A stretch of 64,000 nt of DNA, from contig OY740816.1 in NCBI GenBank assembly GCA_963514005.1, positions 16,554,001 through 16,618,000 on the forward strand. Reading direction: 5' to 3'. Position numbers and translations under genes: made by a program. Origin of the DNA: Raja brachyura (taxonomy: Eukaryota). Numbering within the stretch: position 1 is the stretch's first letter; each line of letters starts with the position of its first letter. This document shows positions 23,401 to 38,400 of the stretch, one piece after another. The notes beneath the pieces were generated by a model that was not told the DNA's origin, did no database searches, and worked only from the letters and a program-made list of their open reading frames with translations.

Positions 23401-26400
23401 AGTGCTTGCAGCACCGGAGACCCCGGTTCGATCCTGACTATGGGTGCTGTCTGTACGGAGTTTGTACGTTCTCCCCGTGACCCGCGTGGGTGTTCTCCAA
23501 AAGCTTCGGTTTCCTCCCACACTCCAAAGGCGTACAGGTTTGTAGATGAAATGGCTTGGTGTATATGTAAATTGTCCCTAGTCTGTGTAGGATAGCGTTA
23601 ATATGCGGGGGTGGGGGGGTCACTGATCGGTGCAGACACGATGGGCCGAAGGGCCTGTTTCCACGCGGTATCTCTAAACTAAGCTAAACTAAAACTGAGA
23701 GAAAATTAAATTAAAGAAAATGTTGAAGCCTTTATTTTATCATTCTAATCTAAAACAATACCTCACCACTCTCCAATGATTTGTATGTCAAGATCAGGCG
23801 CTTTTCCACCCTTACTTTATGAGTTGCACACTTCTGAATATAATTTTGTTGTCACTCACACTGATAGTCCTGAGCCATCACTGGACTGGGAAGAATTGAA
23901 TCGCCAAAATGTCTTCCACAAGGTTTCAACCAAAGTAAACTGCAAGTTTACCATCACATCCAAGATCGCCTATAGAGATTAAATGGGAGTGGATTAGAGA
24001 TGTTTGTCTAAAACATTTAAGTCAAAAATGTTACATCCTACAAAATAAACCAGTTTGTAATAGCATTGACAAATTAGAAATGTATTTATTTTATCTAGAA
24101 TTATTAGTAAAACCATAATTTATTTATTTAGGTGAAAATCTTATCTGAGAAGGTACCAAACTTGTCATCCAGAACATTCTTGTTGATGATGGCATGGATA
24201 TCATGGCCTTGATACATATTTTAGTAAATCATACTCTAGTCTTTCCCATACACCTATGGTACTTACTTATGCTTTAATTATCCCTTTTGTCGATAATGTA
24301 AAACTCTTGAACACTCATCTAAGTATGATAATCTTCTCCCAAAGCTATCTTATACTACTTTACTACTCAGCCTTTGCACCAAGCAATTTTTTCAATCACT
24401 GGTAACTGCAACCACCATTTTATGTACCTTGCCCTCGATGTTCTTATCTTCATTAGCTCTTATTCATTCCCAACTCATATTCTTAAACATTTGCTTGACC
24501 TTGCCATTTCACCTGACCTCAGTGCTCCCATTATCTCAATCAAAGAACCACTACCTTGAAGATAGACACAAAATGCTGGAATAACTCAGCGGGTCAGGCA
24601 GCATCTCTAGAGAGAAGGAATGGGTGACGTTTTGGGTCGAGACCCTTCTTCAGGACTGGTCTCTACTCACATTGTCTGCCCCTATCCTCACCCCCTCTTT
24701 CTGTGTCTGTCCTGGTGAAAGCTCTCTCCCTATTTATCCATTATTGCACTTTCAATAGTATAACCTTCGTCTCTCCATTTGTCCCGCTTCTGTATCTACC
24801 TTGATTCCATTTGTGATGCTTTCATCCTCATTACATCCAGATCTTCTCCCCAAAATATAAGAATGTCACAAATCGGAAGCTTTGACTGTTATGTTTGGTA
24901 CATAAACTTGCACTTTTAATTATACACAATATACTGTATTATGAATATAATAACACCTCGCAGTGCTCCCGATAAAGGTGCTGGAACGCCTTGACGTGTT
25001 CAATGGAGATACCGTCAGGTAATGTCTTCCCCTGCAAGTCAATTTCAACAAACTCTGGTAGAGCCCGAGAGGCATCTGAAATATATTACACAATGAAGAA
25101 TGCAACAAGTTAAAATGCTTGCAATCAAATCACTATACTCTTAAAGGAGAATCTGAACACACTCGATCAATTGTCAAGCTCTTGAACAATATGGTGAGAA
25201 TGCTACTTTTACAGTTCTGTACTTGTATATTTGTATAATTGAACCTGTAAATTTCAAATATAAAAATTCAGAAATTGTTTTCACACCATTAGATTAAATA
25301 TCCAATTGGAAGGAGTTTTAAGAGTTTGTACGAGTTGTGCTGCATTGCTTTTGGTCATTTCAAAAAAACATTCATTTATGATCATGGAGGTGTCAATTAG
25401 CATGAGGTGCTTAAAGTTAGATCTAGCCATGTAAAATGGATCTCCATTTCAAAGTAAAATATGGATAAAATATTTTCCAATGGATTGAACAAGTATTAAT
25501 TTGATAACCAGAGCACATTAATAAGGGGAGAAGGTAGACATAAAAGCTGGAGAAACTCAGCGGGTGAGGCAGCATCTATGGAGCGAAGGAATAGGCGATG
25601 TTTTGGGTCGACACCCTTCTTCAGACTGAATGCGGGGACAGATTATTTGCATCAAAGATGATCATCAGAGCATCATAGACAATAATCCATTATATCGAAG
25701 ATAGACTCAAGATGCTGGAGTAACTCAGCGGGACAGGCAGCATCTCTGGAATCCATTATATCCTCTGTCTGCGATGAATACATACTTTTGCATGCCACCC
25801 CTTCAATCTCTATTATTATCTCAACAGAGATGTCTACTGTTTTCCTTGATCCATTAAATTATATTGTAGCTTTTCACCTCAAATAGATATCAATGAGATT
25901 ACTAAGCAGTTCATGAAAATATATGGCATATGATTTTGTACTGCAATAAAGTGTCTCAAAGCCATTTTGAATGCCCCATTCTGCATCTCCACAGTTATCT
26001 CTCATGAATGGAGCATTTTCTGGAAGGCTCAAACTTCACCACAGCAGGAAAATAAAAGATAGATACAAACAAGGTAAAAAAAGAAAAAAAAAGATTTGTT
26101 TTAACTGTGGGACGAATGAGATAATGCAACATTCAGATAAATTAGTTAGTGAAACAGATAATAGATTTTGGTTTCACTGATGAGCTGAAAATCGGTGAAA
26201 GCGTTACTATGTTCCCATTCGTGACTACCATAGCACTGCAATACAAAATCTATGTATTGCACCTGCTATAATGAATGTAGATCAACTCCAGTAACTCACC
26301 CAAGAATTGCTGATATTGCTGCACCTGAGCACTGATATCTGACAGGCCACCAGCCTGCTGTTGCCCAACTCCCATGCCATTTGTCATCCCTTCCACCTTC

Positions 26401-29400
26401 TGGATTGGCTTGAGTCTGTAACATGGAGAAAACGGACTGAAATACAGTCCATTCCTTTATGGTCAAAGTAGCATTTCCAAAAAAGTTAAATATAGAACAC
26501 GTCTTTTTTTCCCCAGTGTTGACATTTGATCCAGAATTGTAATCCAGAAGTAATTAATGCTCCAAATGGGACAGTCCATTATGAATGGTCTCTCAAACAT
26601 CAACACTGATACCAACCACAGTGACCTGGAGGTTAGCATCTAACAAATCTCTTAGAAGTGCCATCCACTGCTTTCACCACAATAAATGGTGACAGAAACT
26701 TGAGGACACCAAAATGCCCAACGTGGTGATGACAAAGTTAATCATGAAATTTGGAATTCTTCATTCAAGAATTATATGATGCAACAAATGTCGTTCTCTA
26801 AGGATCTGCAACAGGGGGTTCAGCTTTACATCACCTGAATGCCTGAAGGATCACTAAAGCCCGTGAACGTAATGACGTGCAATAATCTGCTTGAATAAGG
26901 TCAGAAAGATGCAAAGGAACAAAGAGAAACTCAGCAAGTGGCCAAAGTAACAGAGGATAGGGTATAGTGCAGGGAATTATAAAACAATCGGTATAGATCA
27001 GAGAATGACAAGTTGCTGGGTCTAAATCCTGGAACTCCCTGCCCAACAGCACTGTGGAGTACCTTCACCATAAGGACCGCAGTGGTTCAGGGCAGCAGCT
27101 CACGAACATCTTCTCCAGAGCAGTTAAGAATGGGCAATAAATGCTGCCTTGCCTGCGATGCCCTAATCCCAAAAATGAATTTTAAAAATCCTAAATGATA
27201 AAGAGACAAGCAGCAACGGTGAAATAGAGATTTAGCAATCCATGAAAACAAATGATTGAATATTAATTACCTAGATGTGCAGCGAAGTCATCAAATTAAA
27301 AGTAATTGAAAAGTTGACCATTACATTAAAAGAGTTGAAATTTATGGTATTGTTTCACAAATCAGTGGTCGGATCTAAAATAGAGCGCTATTTTCAGTTC
27401 AAGCACCAAACGCTAGGAAATACAATTTGGCCTTGGTAGCAATACAGCATAATGCTGAGGTTTAAATTATGAGGACAAATAATGTAAGGACAGATGCCTT
27501 TGGGTTTTTTTTAAACGGTAGCTGTCTCAACTGAGATGTCTAAATGAACAGAAAGCAAGTAAAATGCTGGCATCTATGACAAAAGGATGTTACAATAGAT
27601 ATATTGAAAAAACTGGACAGAGTAGGCATGGATTTATGAAAGGAAAATCATATTTGACTAATATACTGGAGTTAAAAGAACTCCAGTTCTTGGAGATAAC
27701 CATGCCAATTAAATGGATAGGAGTGAACCAGTGAATGCCATGTGTTTGGATTTTCAAAAGGCTTTATAAAATTATCAGTCAGGAGGTTGGTGAATGAGAT
27801 TAAGGCACATGCAATTGCAAAGGAAAAAAATGATTAACAGATAGAAAGCAAAGAGTGGAAATAAACAGTCCTTTGAAACAAAAACAAAACCTGGAGGTGC
27901 TGGAAATCTGCTATAAAAACAAAAAATGGTGGAAACACTCATCAGGTCAGGCAGCAGCTTTGGAAAGAGATGCAGTTAACTTTACAAGATGATTAAGGTT
28001 CCCCTATGCAAGAACTAGGAAATATAAACAAGTTGATATTTCCACAGATACTGCTGAGTATTTCCAGTTTGTACAAACAGATCTTCATCAGATTGTCAGG
28101 CTGTGACTCGTGAGTACTGCAGGAGTTGGTGCTTGGGACGCAGTTATTTACAATCTTGCTGAAGGGACCAAATGGTATGTTTCTAAGTTTGCTGATGATA
28201 CAAAACTCGGAGGGAATGCAGGCAGGGAAGAGGATTAAAAGGGGTTTAAGGGAATATAGTTATGGGCAAGAACATGGCAAATTGAATTTTCTGCAGAAAA
28301 GTGAGATTATCAATTTCAGTGCACAATGCAATAAATAACAATGTTATTATATTAGTGTAGTCATGGTTCAAGCAATCAACCTGCAGCAGAATGATTTCAA
28401 GCCTTGTTCACAATCCTTTTCTATTGTATTAAAAAATATCCTCTGAATCAAATCTCACTGAATGCAAAGTGCAGATACAGAAAGCTAATGGATTTGATGC
28501 TACAATAAAGATTACTGGACTTCGTTAAGCATGTACCTTCTCATTAATCACAGAAAGCACTATTGGAACCACTGCGCTTCATTTTAGCGATTAGTTGTCT
28601 TAAAAATATATACTTCCACAATCTGAATCAGTTGTAGATTCAAAATTGCCGCCTCTTCACCAGCATTAGCATGATGGGATCTTTGCTTACTCACCTCTGC
28701 TTCTGTGTGAAAGGCTGTTGTCTTATGGCCAAGTGTTGCTGATCCTCGATCAGTCGAATTAGTGGTGAATTTGCTTTAATCCGAAGCCCATAGTAATGAT
28801 ATTTTGAGTTTCCCCTAAAAAATGAAGATAAACATTTGATAGTCGTAATATAATTTCTTATAAAATGCATAGGAGGATCTGGATGATCAACCATGATTTG
28901 AGTCAGAAACATCAATTCAAGTCTTACATTATTTAATAAAACTGCATTGCTCAGTTATGAGCCCAGAATGCACAGAGTACACAAGATTGATATGAATCTT
29001 TGTGTCACATACATTTACCACACTGGGCCACATACACGCACCTTGCATATAATGTTGATTTTTAGTTTAGTTTAGTTTTGAGATACAGCATGGAAACAGG
29101 CCCTTTGGCCCACCGGGTCCGCGCCGACCAGCAATCCCCGCACGTTAACACTATCCTACACCCACTACGGGCAATTTTTACATTTACCAAGCCAATTAAC
29201 CTGTACGTCTTTGGAATATGGGAGGAAACTGGAGATCTCAGAGAAAACCCACGCAGGTCATGGGGAGAACGTACAAACTCCGTACAGACAACACCCGTCA
29301 TCGGGATCTAACCCGGGTCGCCGGCACTGCATTCACTGTAAGGCAACAACTCTACCGCTGCGTCACCGTGACTGCCGTGATTGTTGGAAAGCAGGTCCAA

Positions 29401-32400
29401 ACACCAGGTAAGACTGTTGCACCTGGCATTAAGGGATCCATATTTGGAACTCCTGGCTGTCCACCAGCAGAAATGGTTTAATTTCTTGACCATGCAAACG
29501 GAAGCTTGCAAGTCAGTCAAAGGGCAGTTAAGGATGGCCAAATGGCACCCTTTTCAGCAATGTCAACACTTGAAGAAACAAATGTTAAAGTAGGGGAGAT
29601 CCATGCGACTAACAGGCAAATTGCTACATGTCCTGTGAGAATCAGTATTCTAGTGCACATTTCACAACAAGAGACAATTTCCAGGCCACAATATTTACAT
29701 CTACATTCTTGTGCTGATGAAATTCATAATAATAAATGAATCCCTCCAATCAATATGAACTTCAAACATTCCAAGTCATAAACTGACCAATGGCCAAAAT
29801 GATTCTCAAAAACACGGTAAGTGTTTCGTTTGCCTCTCCCTGCAATCAATTATCACTACTTGGATAATTCCAACTCGAGGCAAGACATATAGAGTAAAGG
29901 AATGTAAATAAATAAACATTCTGTTCTATTCCTCCTTTCCTCAATTTTTGTAAATATTTCCTTCATTTTGCTTTTATTTCACTTTTCCTTGCACTTTTTG
30001 AATTTCAAAACAGTTCTAATATTGATTAATTTGCTATTTCACCACTTTATTCAGTACCACACACATTAATCTTTACAAAAGTAAGATGCCAAGATAAGTT
30101 AAGATTAATCTCATAATTTATCGGTTTCCATTGATCACCCTTTGGTGAACCATTCGTAATTACTTTTGAAACTTTCCAAAGTTTAGGAGCAATATCTATT
30201 CTGGCCACACAGTGGTGCCACAGCACATTGCTAAACATTTGACAGAATTAAAGCATGGCACAGCAGCTGTGGAGATGTGAAGCAAGAGCAGTTTAGATTA
30301 AACAGATCTGACAACATCTATGGAGGGAGAAAAAGAATGAACATTTCAGAATAATGACTTGTCTTCAGAACTGAGATAAGTTAGAAATAAAATAAGATTA
30401 AAATTGCAGAGAATGGGGTAAGGGCAAAGAGAACATATGAAAGGATTATGGTGGGGCAACAATAGTTGCTGCCTACCAGCACTTACAGCAACGGAGACCC
30501 GAGTTCGATTCTAACTATATCTGTATGGAGTTTGCATATTCACCGTGTCACCTTGTGGCTTTCTCCGAGGTCTTCGGTTTCATCCCACACTCCAAAGACG
30601 TAGAGGTTTGTAGGTTAATTAGCTGAGAATAAATGTAAATTGTGTCTAGTGTGTGTAGGATAGTGTTAATGGGTGGGGATCGCTGGTCAGTGGGGACTTG
30701 GTGGGTCAAAGGGCCTGTTTCCGCACTGTATCTCTAAACTAATCTAAATTATGATATAATTAAGTGCAAGAGAAAGTAAGATAAGTCCTAGTGGTGCTGA
30801 TTGAAAGAGGGTGGGTAATGCTAGGTGAATAACAAAAGGTATGTCGAGAGGACATCTAAATAGATTTTGAGTATAAACTGAAACACTAGCAAAGGATAGA
30901 AAAATAAAAAGACACTGAATGGCAGGAATGTGAAATTGTTCTCTTTATCTTGTGTCATCAAGCCTGTGATATGCCATCATAAAAAGGGGTGCGGTTCTAC
31001 AAGTGTTTGTTGAGCTTTGTCTTATTCTGCCTTTATTCGTTTACTTGACTTTCTAGAATATGCTACGATAGTCAGTTTAATAATGAATACAAGATCACCA
31101 AATTGACAAGCCAAAGCAGCTACATCAGATAATTATTTCGTTTAGTTTAATTAAGAGATACAGCGTGGAAACAGGCACTTCGGCCCACCGTGTCTGCGCC
31201 GACCAGCGATCCCTGCACACTAACACTATCCTAAACACACTAGGGACAATTTACAATTTTAACCAAGTCAATTAGCCTATAAAACTGTACGTCTTTGGAA
31301 TGTGGAAGGAAACCAGATATCCCGGAGAAAACCCACGCAGGTCACAGGGAGAACGTACAAACTCCGTTCTTTTGGAATATAAGCAGGCTTACATTAAACT
31401 GTCATTATGATTAGAATAATGAGATGAGAAAGGCTCAATAAACTACAATAAAAATTGACATGTCACCCCAATAAAATGTTTTAATACTGACATTGTGAAG
31501 TAAAGATCCTTGATATGTTTAGTTAGGAGGGTGAAAAACTGAAAGTAACAAATTATTTTACAATACTCGTCTAACCATTTTAAGTTTAACAAAGGACTTT
31601 CAAAAGACAGTTTGGTCTGCAATCCCAAGCTTTGCTGAATACTCTGTGAAAATTTTAAGGTAAGAGCTAACCTTGTGCCAAGTCTCCGAGTCCGGAGTCC
31701 CATAAATACTGATCGTATCAGTTTGCCAAATGAGGCAGCATTTACTGGCTCTAGTTTTTGCTCCTGACAGTGTAACAGGTAATGACAGTACAAAGTGCTT
31801 CGGGGCAAGCTAACTCCTTCTGCCGTTTCATAGTTATCCAATAACCACTGAACCTGTGCAAAAACAAAAAAGAATGGATTTTTATCATTTTGATATGTTG
31901 CTTCCTTGCAATATCATTTTATCATAAATTTAATTATTTAAATGCAACTTAAAAGGGCCAATTCAGCAATACAGTATTAAATGTATAATATTTAACAGTA
32001 CAATTCCACAGAAGAGGAACAAAAGGCAATTCATGCAAGAAGATATATTTTTTGAATTTTATTTAAAATACAGCATTCAAACAGTAATTTTAATAAGTAA
32101 TTGATCTGCCGTCACATTGTTAACAGCCAAAAGGGAAAATGAATTGGGATAGACTTAACTTGCAGATTGGGTCAAAATATGGCTTGACAGGTTTGTTATT
32201 GTAAAACCCTTATTTTAATTGATTCCATTGGAAATAAAAAATGCTTAGTTTCTAAAGCAAGTAAAATTTTATCGACAAGAAAATCGAACATTTGCCCCAT
32301 TTTATAATTGAGAATTGTCACAATCTTTCTCTCGGTAAATCTCTGTTTTTCTCACTCTTTTTCGTTCTTCCTCATTCTTCCTCTCTCCCTCTTTCTATAA

Positions 32401-35400
32401 GCCTTTCCACCCATTGTCTTTCTTCTGTATAACTCCCTCTCTCTGCTCTGCCTGAAGGTACAAGATTCACATGTACATTAATATTGTGCCACTGTTTCTA
32501 TTCACATTCATTTCTTAGGTACTTAAATGATACCATATTTAAAAAAAATAAACAAAGCTCTCTGAAAGTGATCTACCCCACACGCACAGTAATTTGGTCT
32601 TCTACATAGCACTTCTGTTCATTATGAATCAATTGAATGCACTGCACAGACTGTTTGTGCTTTTTAGGTGTATTTTTGTGATATATGTTATATAAAAGGC
32701 TCAGTGCACTGCTAGTTTCAAAACCCTACACCAAATTAATCCTTCAATAGTTCTACAAAATAGTTCAATATTTCTATAACATATTTCAGTATCATTGATA
32801 ACATGTGCAAAGTCTGTAAGTATTTTATACTAAATTGAAAAGCACAGTCTTGTAATAATCCGGAATTCTCTATTCATAATTTTAGGAGGTTTGTCAAAAT
32901 TTGTTTCCATTCTAATATATTTCTTGATTAAACACCAATTCAGTAAAACAAAAGTGAAATCAAATCCTTTTTAATTGAGTATCGGAGTCTAAGAAGCTAT
33001 GAATCTGGGAGTTCAAGTGTCTATAAAGCACAGATTTTTCATTTTAGTAATTTAAAATATGGGAACTCTCATGTGAGATTTAGCCGCAATACTCAGTGCA
33101 ATTATTATTCTAAACATTTTATATATTTAATATTTATAAATGCCTCTTTTTTACTCCACATCCAATTTTTATTCCAATCTTGATGTACAAATTCTTCTAC
33201 AACTACTGTAAATGCTATTCCACTAGACAACAGAAATTAATCTTGCTGTTCTAGATGTTTACTATCTCTTTTTTTTAAAGAGCATCCCCCCTTTAAAATA
33301 TATTTTATCTGGAAAAAGCCAATTAAATTTGAGCACAAAAGTGATAGCAATTAAACTGTGACAGGTGATCTTGTGATTCAGATCTTCAACCTTCTGTTTG
33401 GGAGGTAGGTGTCTAACAATTGTGCTATTGACCATCCTTATTGAACAATACAAAACAGAAACCCCAGGGGAGTCAGCACTTGGAAGAGTTGACCGGTGAC
33501 TCACTGTGGCTGGAGAGGCACGCATGGTGTGACTGTAAGACTGACTGGAGCTCCCCAGCATGTAACCTCCCTGGATGACATAGGTCCCTCCTCCTGGGTT
33601 GGCCACAATCTGCCCTCCCGTCACATACATTGGCACCGTTCCACTACTGACCACGTTCTGCGAAGTCACCGGCGTGGCAACCTGGTTTGGCGTCCCCTGA
33701 GATTCATAGTAACTCCCGCCTGTGTTCTGGTTGTACAGCTGAGTTTCAGAATAAGGATAGTTGTTTGAACGTCTGAAATGAAAAAGTATGGCAGCGGATC
33801 CACAAAGATGACTTTAGTGACAGTTTGTCGACTTATATTGAAAAATACATTTAAAAACCTTTTCTGGTGGTAAAAGTTAAAATAAATCGCATGGAATTAA
33901 ATATTATTAATTATTTTGTTACCAAAGAGGGGCATGCAGTTCTTTTAATTTGTTCCATAGATAGCCTTTCTCTAAAACAAAACAGGTATTCATTATGATA
34001 ATAATATTAAATGCAGGTATTGAGTTCATCAAATGAATCTGAAGATACAAAACGTGTGCATTTCAAATATTATGTAATGTTATGAAGTGTTGCACATAAT
34101 GCACATAACATAATGTTATGGTGGTTGCACAGTAAATGCAAATATGTTCTGTAAAGCTGTAACGCTGTAAATACTGTTTGAAACACAATGATAGCTGATA
34201 GTATATTTGTTACAATAATCTAAAATTCTGAGATCAATGTCTGAGACAGTTGCTTAATAATAGAAACTGATATCAATCAGAATTTGATTAAATTGGCAAA
34301 TAAATAGGAAAGCAAATTCTCAGTGTAGCAATTGTGTCTATGTTTATAGCAGCAAGTACTACAAAAATATTTTTTGTGAGATAATTGACATTTGCTTCCC
34401 TCCAAGTAACTTTTTATCAATTTGTGTTGGTGCTAAGATAGGTAAGATAGTAATCAATTTTACATTTACTCACGTAGATTAACAATTACCTATTTGTGGC
34501 CTTCTTTGGTACTTTGAAGATTCTAATTCCATTTTATTTTTTAACTATACAAACTTCCAGCTTTAAGAATAGCATTATCAAGCGCACTTTTATTTATCAG
34601 TCCTTGAAGTGTTCTGACAGTCAATATTTCTACTCACATTGTGCTTCCTGTATAGCTGGCATCACCCCCTTCTACATACTGCACCTGGTTCGAGTAGACA
34701 TGTTGAACAGGCTGCACTGGGACCTGTTGTAACTGCTGAACCTAAACGTTAAGATTATCCAGAGAGAAAAGGTAATTATGGCGCATCTATTAGTTAAAAA
34801 TATTAACAAGATTTATTTTGAAGCAAAGTACTACTTTTTCTTACTCATTGAAATAATATGACAGTCTACATGTACAGTTCTGGGCACAGTTATTTGAAGC
34901 CTGTGAGGTATCAGATGCCATAATCACAAGACTGCCGTCACTAACCTAATGCACCTAGTTAACATGGTTAAACACCAAGTCGTACAAGCCCAGGAGGGTC
35001 TTATTCTCTTATTCTTTCCTTGAATCACTGTCTAGTGCCTGGACATCCAGATGTAAGAATAGCTTTTTCCCTGAACCTTTCTTTCCAGAGTTGCTGCCCC
35101 ATAATCTTACTTTAGCTCCACCACATTTGGTTATTCCATTGTTGCACTTTTATCTTTTGTGTACTATTTCAGATTGCATGACAACTTTTGCATTATTCTG
35201 CTGTGTTGCATTTGTTTGTTTACTTTATGAGCTTCGTGCAAACAAGGAATTTCACTGCATCCTGCTGCCCATGACAATAAATTAATCTGATATCTTACAT
35301 CTGGGTACATGCCGGGGAACAGATTAAACAGGTTCAATAGACAATAGGTGCAGGAGTAGGCCATTTGGCCCTTCGAGCCAACACCTCCATTCACTGTGAT

Positions 35401-38400
35401 CATGGATGATCATCCACATTCAGTACCCCGTTCCTGCCTTCTCACCATATCCCCTGACTCTGCTATCTTTAAGACCTTTATCTAACTCTCTCTTGAAAGC
35501 ATCCAGAGAATTGGCCTCCACTGCATTCTGAGGCAGAAATTCCACAGATTCACAACTCTCTGGGTGAAAAGGTTTTCCTCATCTCTGTTCTAAATAGGCT
35601 ACCCTTTATTCTTAAAGGGTTCAGGTGCATAGCCCAAAAGAACAAACACTCCGTCGCATCACTGCTAAGGCTCACATATAAAGGGTAGCAACGGATCATT
35701 TATTTGTATTCAAGCAGGGATCTCCATTCTGAGGAATCAGATAAATCAACATCAAAAAAGAAAACATTAAAGTGTGATGAGTACATGAAGGTCTAGCTGC
35801 ATCTCAATACTAATGATGTAAATACTTACAATTAAAAATATTTTTTCTATAATTAGTGTTTAAATTCAATTTCTTCAAATCCAAACGTCACCACTCATTC
35901 CCACAAGTATTCTTTTAATAATCGTTCAATCTTCCAGAGTCTTTACCCAGGGTAGGAGAATCAAGAAACAGACGACATTGTTTAAGGTGAGAGGGGAAAG
36001 ATTTAATTGGAACCTGAGGGGCAATTTGCTCACTCAGAGGGTGGCGGGTAACTGGAATAAATCGCCAGAGGAAGTAGTTGAGGCAGGTACAATAAAATAT
36101 TTAAAAGACACTTGAACAGGTACATGGATAGGAAATCTTTAGAGGGATATAGACCAAATGCAGGCAAATGTGATTAGTTTGGATGGGGCATCTTGAATGG
36201 CACAGACAAGTTGGGTCGAAAGGTCTGTGTCCGTGCTATAGGACGATATAACAAAATGAACTGTTTGCAGCCACTATTCACAATTCAAATTATTGCAAGC
36301 CAATTATTATTTATAGAATTATCAGTCTTGTAAATTATGCATGCATTGCAACGTCTATACTAGTGTGAATGTGTTGCACAATTGCTTTTCTAAACCAATG
36401 CAGGTCCTAAACATGCAGTTCAGTCCATTTTTACTGGACTACTAGTCTGACTATCCAAGTACAATAAATATTGCAAGCTTATCTTAACAAATGCTATTTC
36501 AAAAGTACAATAATTATTTTGCATCCCCATAGAATATTTAGCTATCCATCATAGGACTTTCCTATAGGAACTATGCATCAAAAACTAAACTGTAATTACT
36601 GATTTTTCAATAGGTTTTTATTTTCATTATTACCCACAGAAATGTTTCCTTATATTCAGTTGAGGCAATAATAAAAAGATCAATTTCATTATTTTAATCT
36701 TGCAATTAAAAAATGTCCAAACTCACTTTTAAGATATTTTAGATTGTATGCTAGATGTTTAAATAGAAATATAAAGGTTTATTTCTTATCTAGGTTATCG
36801 AGAAGTTTGATCACCTAGGTTTCCAAATGCTCAAACATCTCTCTGACTTGGGACAAAAATGCTCAGCAAGAAACACTAAATGTGTTTGCCTCATTTTATA
36901 TTTGTTTGCCAGTATATTAACCTGTTTACCAAGATAAAATTTACTTCAGACAACAAAAACTGATTTTCTTTTGGGCCGAGGTCCAATAAATATTTTTAGA
37001 CTTTCCCACCGGAAAATGTCTATATCTGTCTGTGTTTCTATATTTGCTAAAATACAATACTTAATAGATAGATCAAATATCAACACAGCCTGCTAAGAAC
37101 TTAAATAACGAACCCTTCCATCCATTCTTATAACTATTTCCTATTTAACCTACTTTAAGTGCAGTTGGTCCAGTTCCGAAAACTAATGCTTGAGGGACTC
37201 GCTGAACCTTGACTCGCTGCTCAGGGCTGGCTGGTAACATGGAGAAAAATGGAACCTGCTCAATAATCACTTTCTGCTCTGTGCTGGGTAGATGCTGGGG
37301 TGTAAATCGAATCACTTCAACTCTCGGTGCTGAGGTAGAGGGCATCATATGTAGGACGTGCACTTTGTGTTCTGGACTCAACGCTTGGGAATTTCCTAAC
37401 TGATGTTCTTCATGAATACTGTTCCTTGAGCCGGGTGAATCGGCAACTACCTGCAGCTTCTGATCTTTCTCTAGCAAACTGGAAATCTCATTCTCCGTGC
37501 TCTAGTGTATAATATAAGCAAATTATTCAGAATACAACACACGTTCCAATGTAAAAAGTCACAAAGATGGAAGAAGGATGAACATGCCAGCATTGAATGG
37601 AAATGAACCAACAAATCATGAATAATCTGACCATTTAAGTGGTTTCTGAAATTAACTCTGGAGTATCTTAAAGGAGGGTATTAATCAATGAGGCTCTCTA
37701 TCCAGCTCCCATATAAAACCATAGTAAAAATTATTCTTAATATGAAAAAATATCGTTTATAAACATGGATAGTACAGGAAACAGAAAAGAAACAAGCTTA
37801 TGTTCATGAGGTTGACCAAAAAAATAATTAAAGGTTCATAATCTGTGAAATATGTAACCGGAAACTGTTTATCAATAATTTGGATACAAAAATAATTCCA
37901 TTCTCCAGCATGGTTCATCCCCCCACTTAGACAAAAACTAGTTTACGCAATTCACAAACATGCATATTAAACCAACTGCAATAACTGCATTGGTTATGGC
38001 CGCACACGTTAACCTCGAAATAAAAATTCAGACTTAATATTTATCCAAAAATATGCACTTAAAATTTAATTTGACTGTATCTCTCACTTAGAATTTTTTT
38101 TTTTTTTTAATTCCCATGGGAATTTTTCAGGGAAACTAGCTGGCAGCTATCTCTATTGGGCCACTGAATACGAGAACAAACTTTGGTTGACTAAAGAACT
38201 ATTATTCAAATTTTTGTCTTTTTCATCAGGGGGATGAAAAGCAAAGTGTTTCTGAAGTGAGGGACCAGAAGATGATTTTTAATGGCATTGGAATGGGGTC
38301 ATGTGATACTCTATGCCATTTACTCCATTCATTTTTAATTTGTAGGTTCTTGCAGCTGCCAGTACTTAAACTTGCAGTTGTGACCCCGGTGCCCAGTCCT

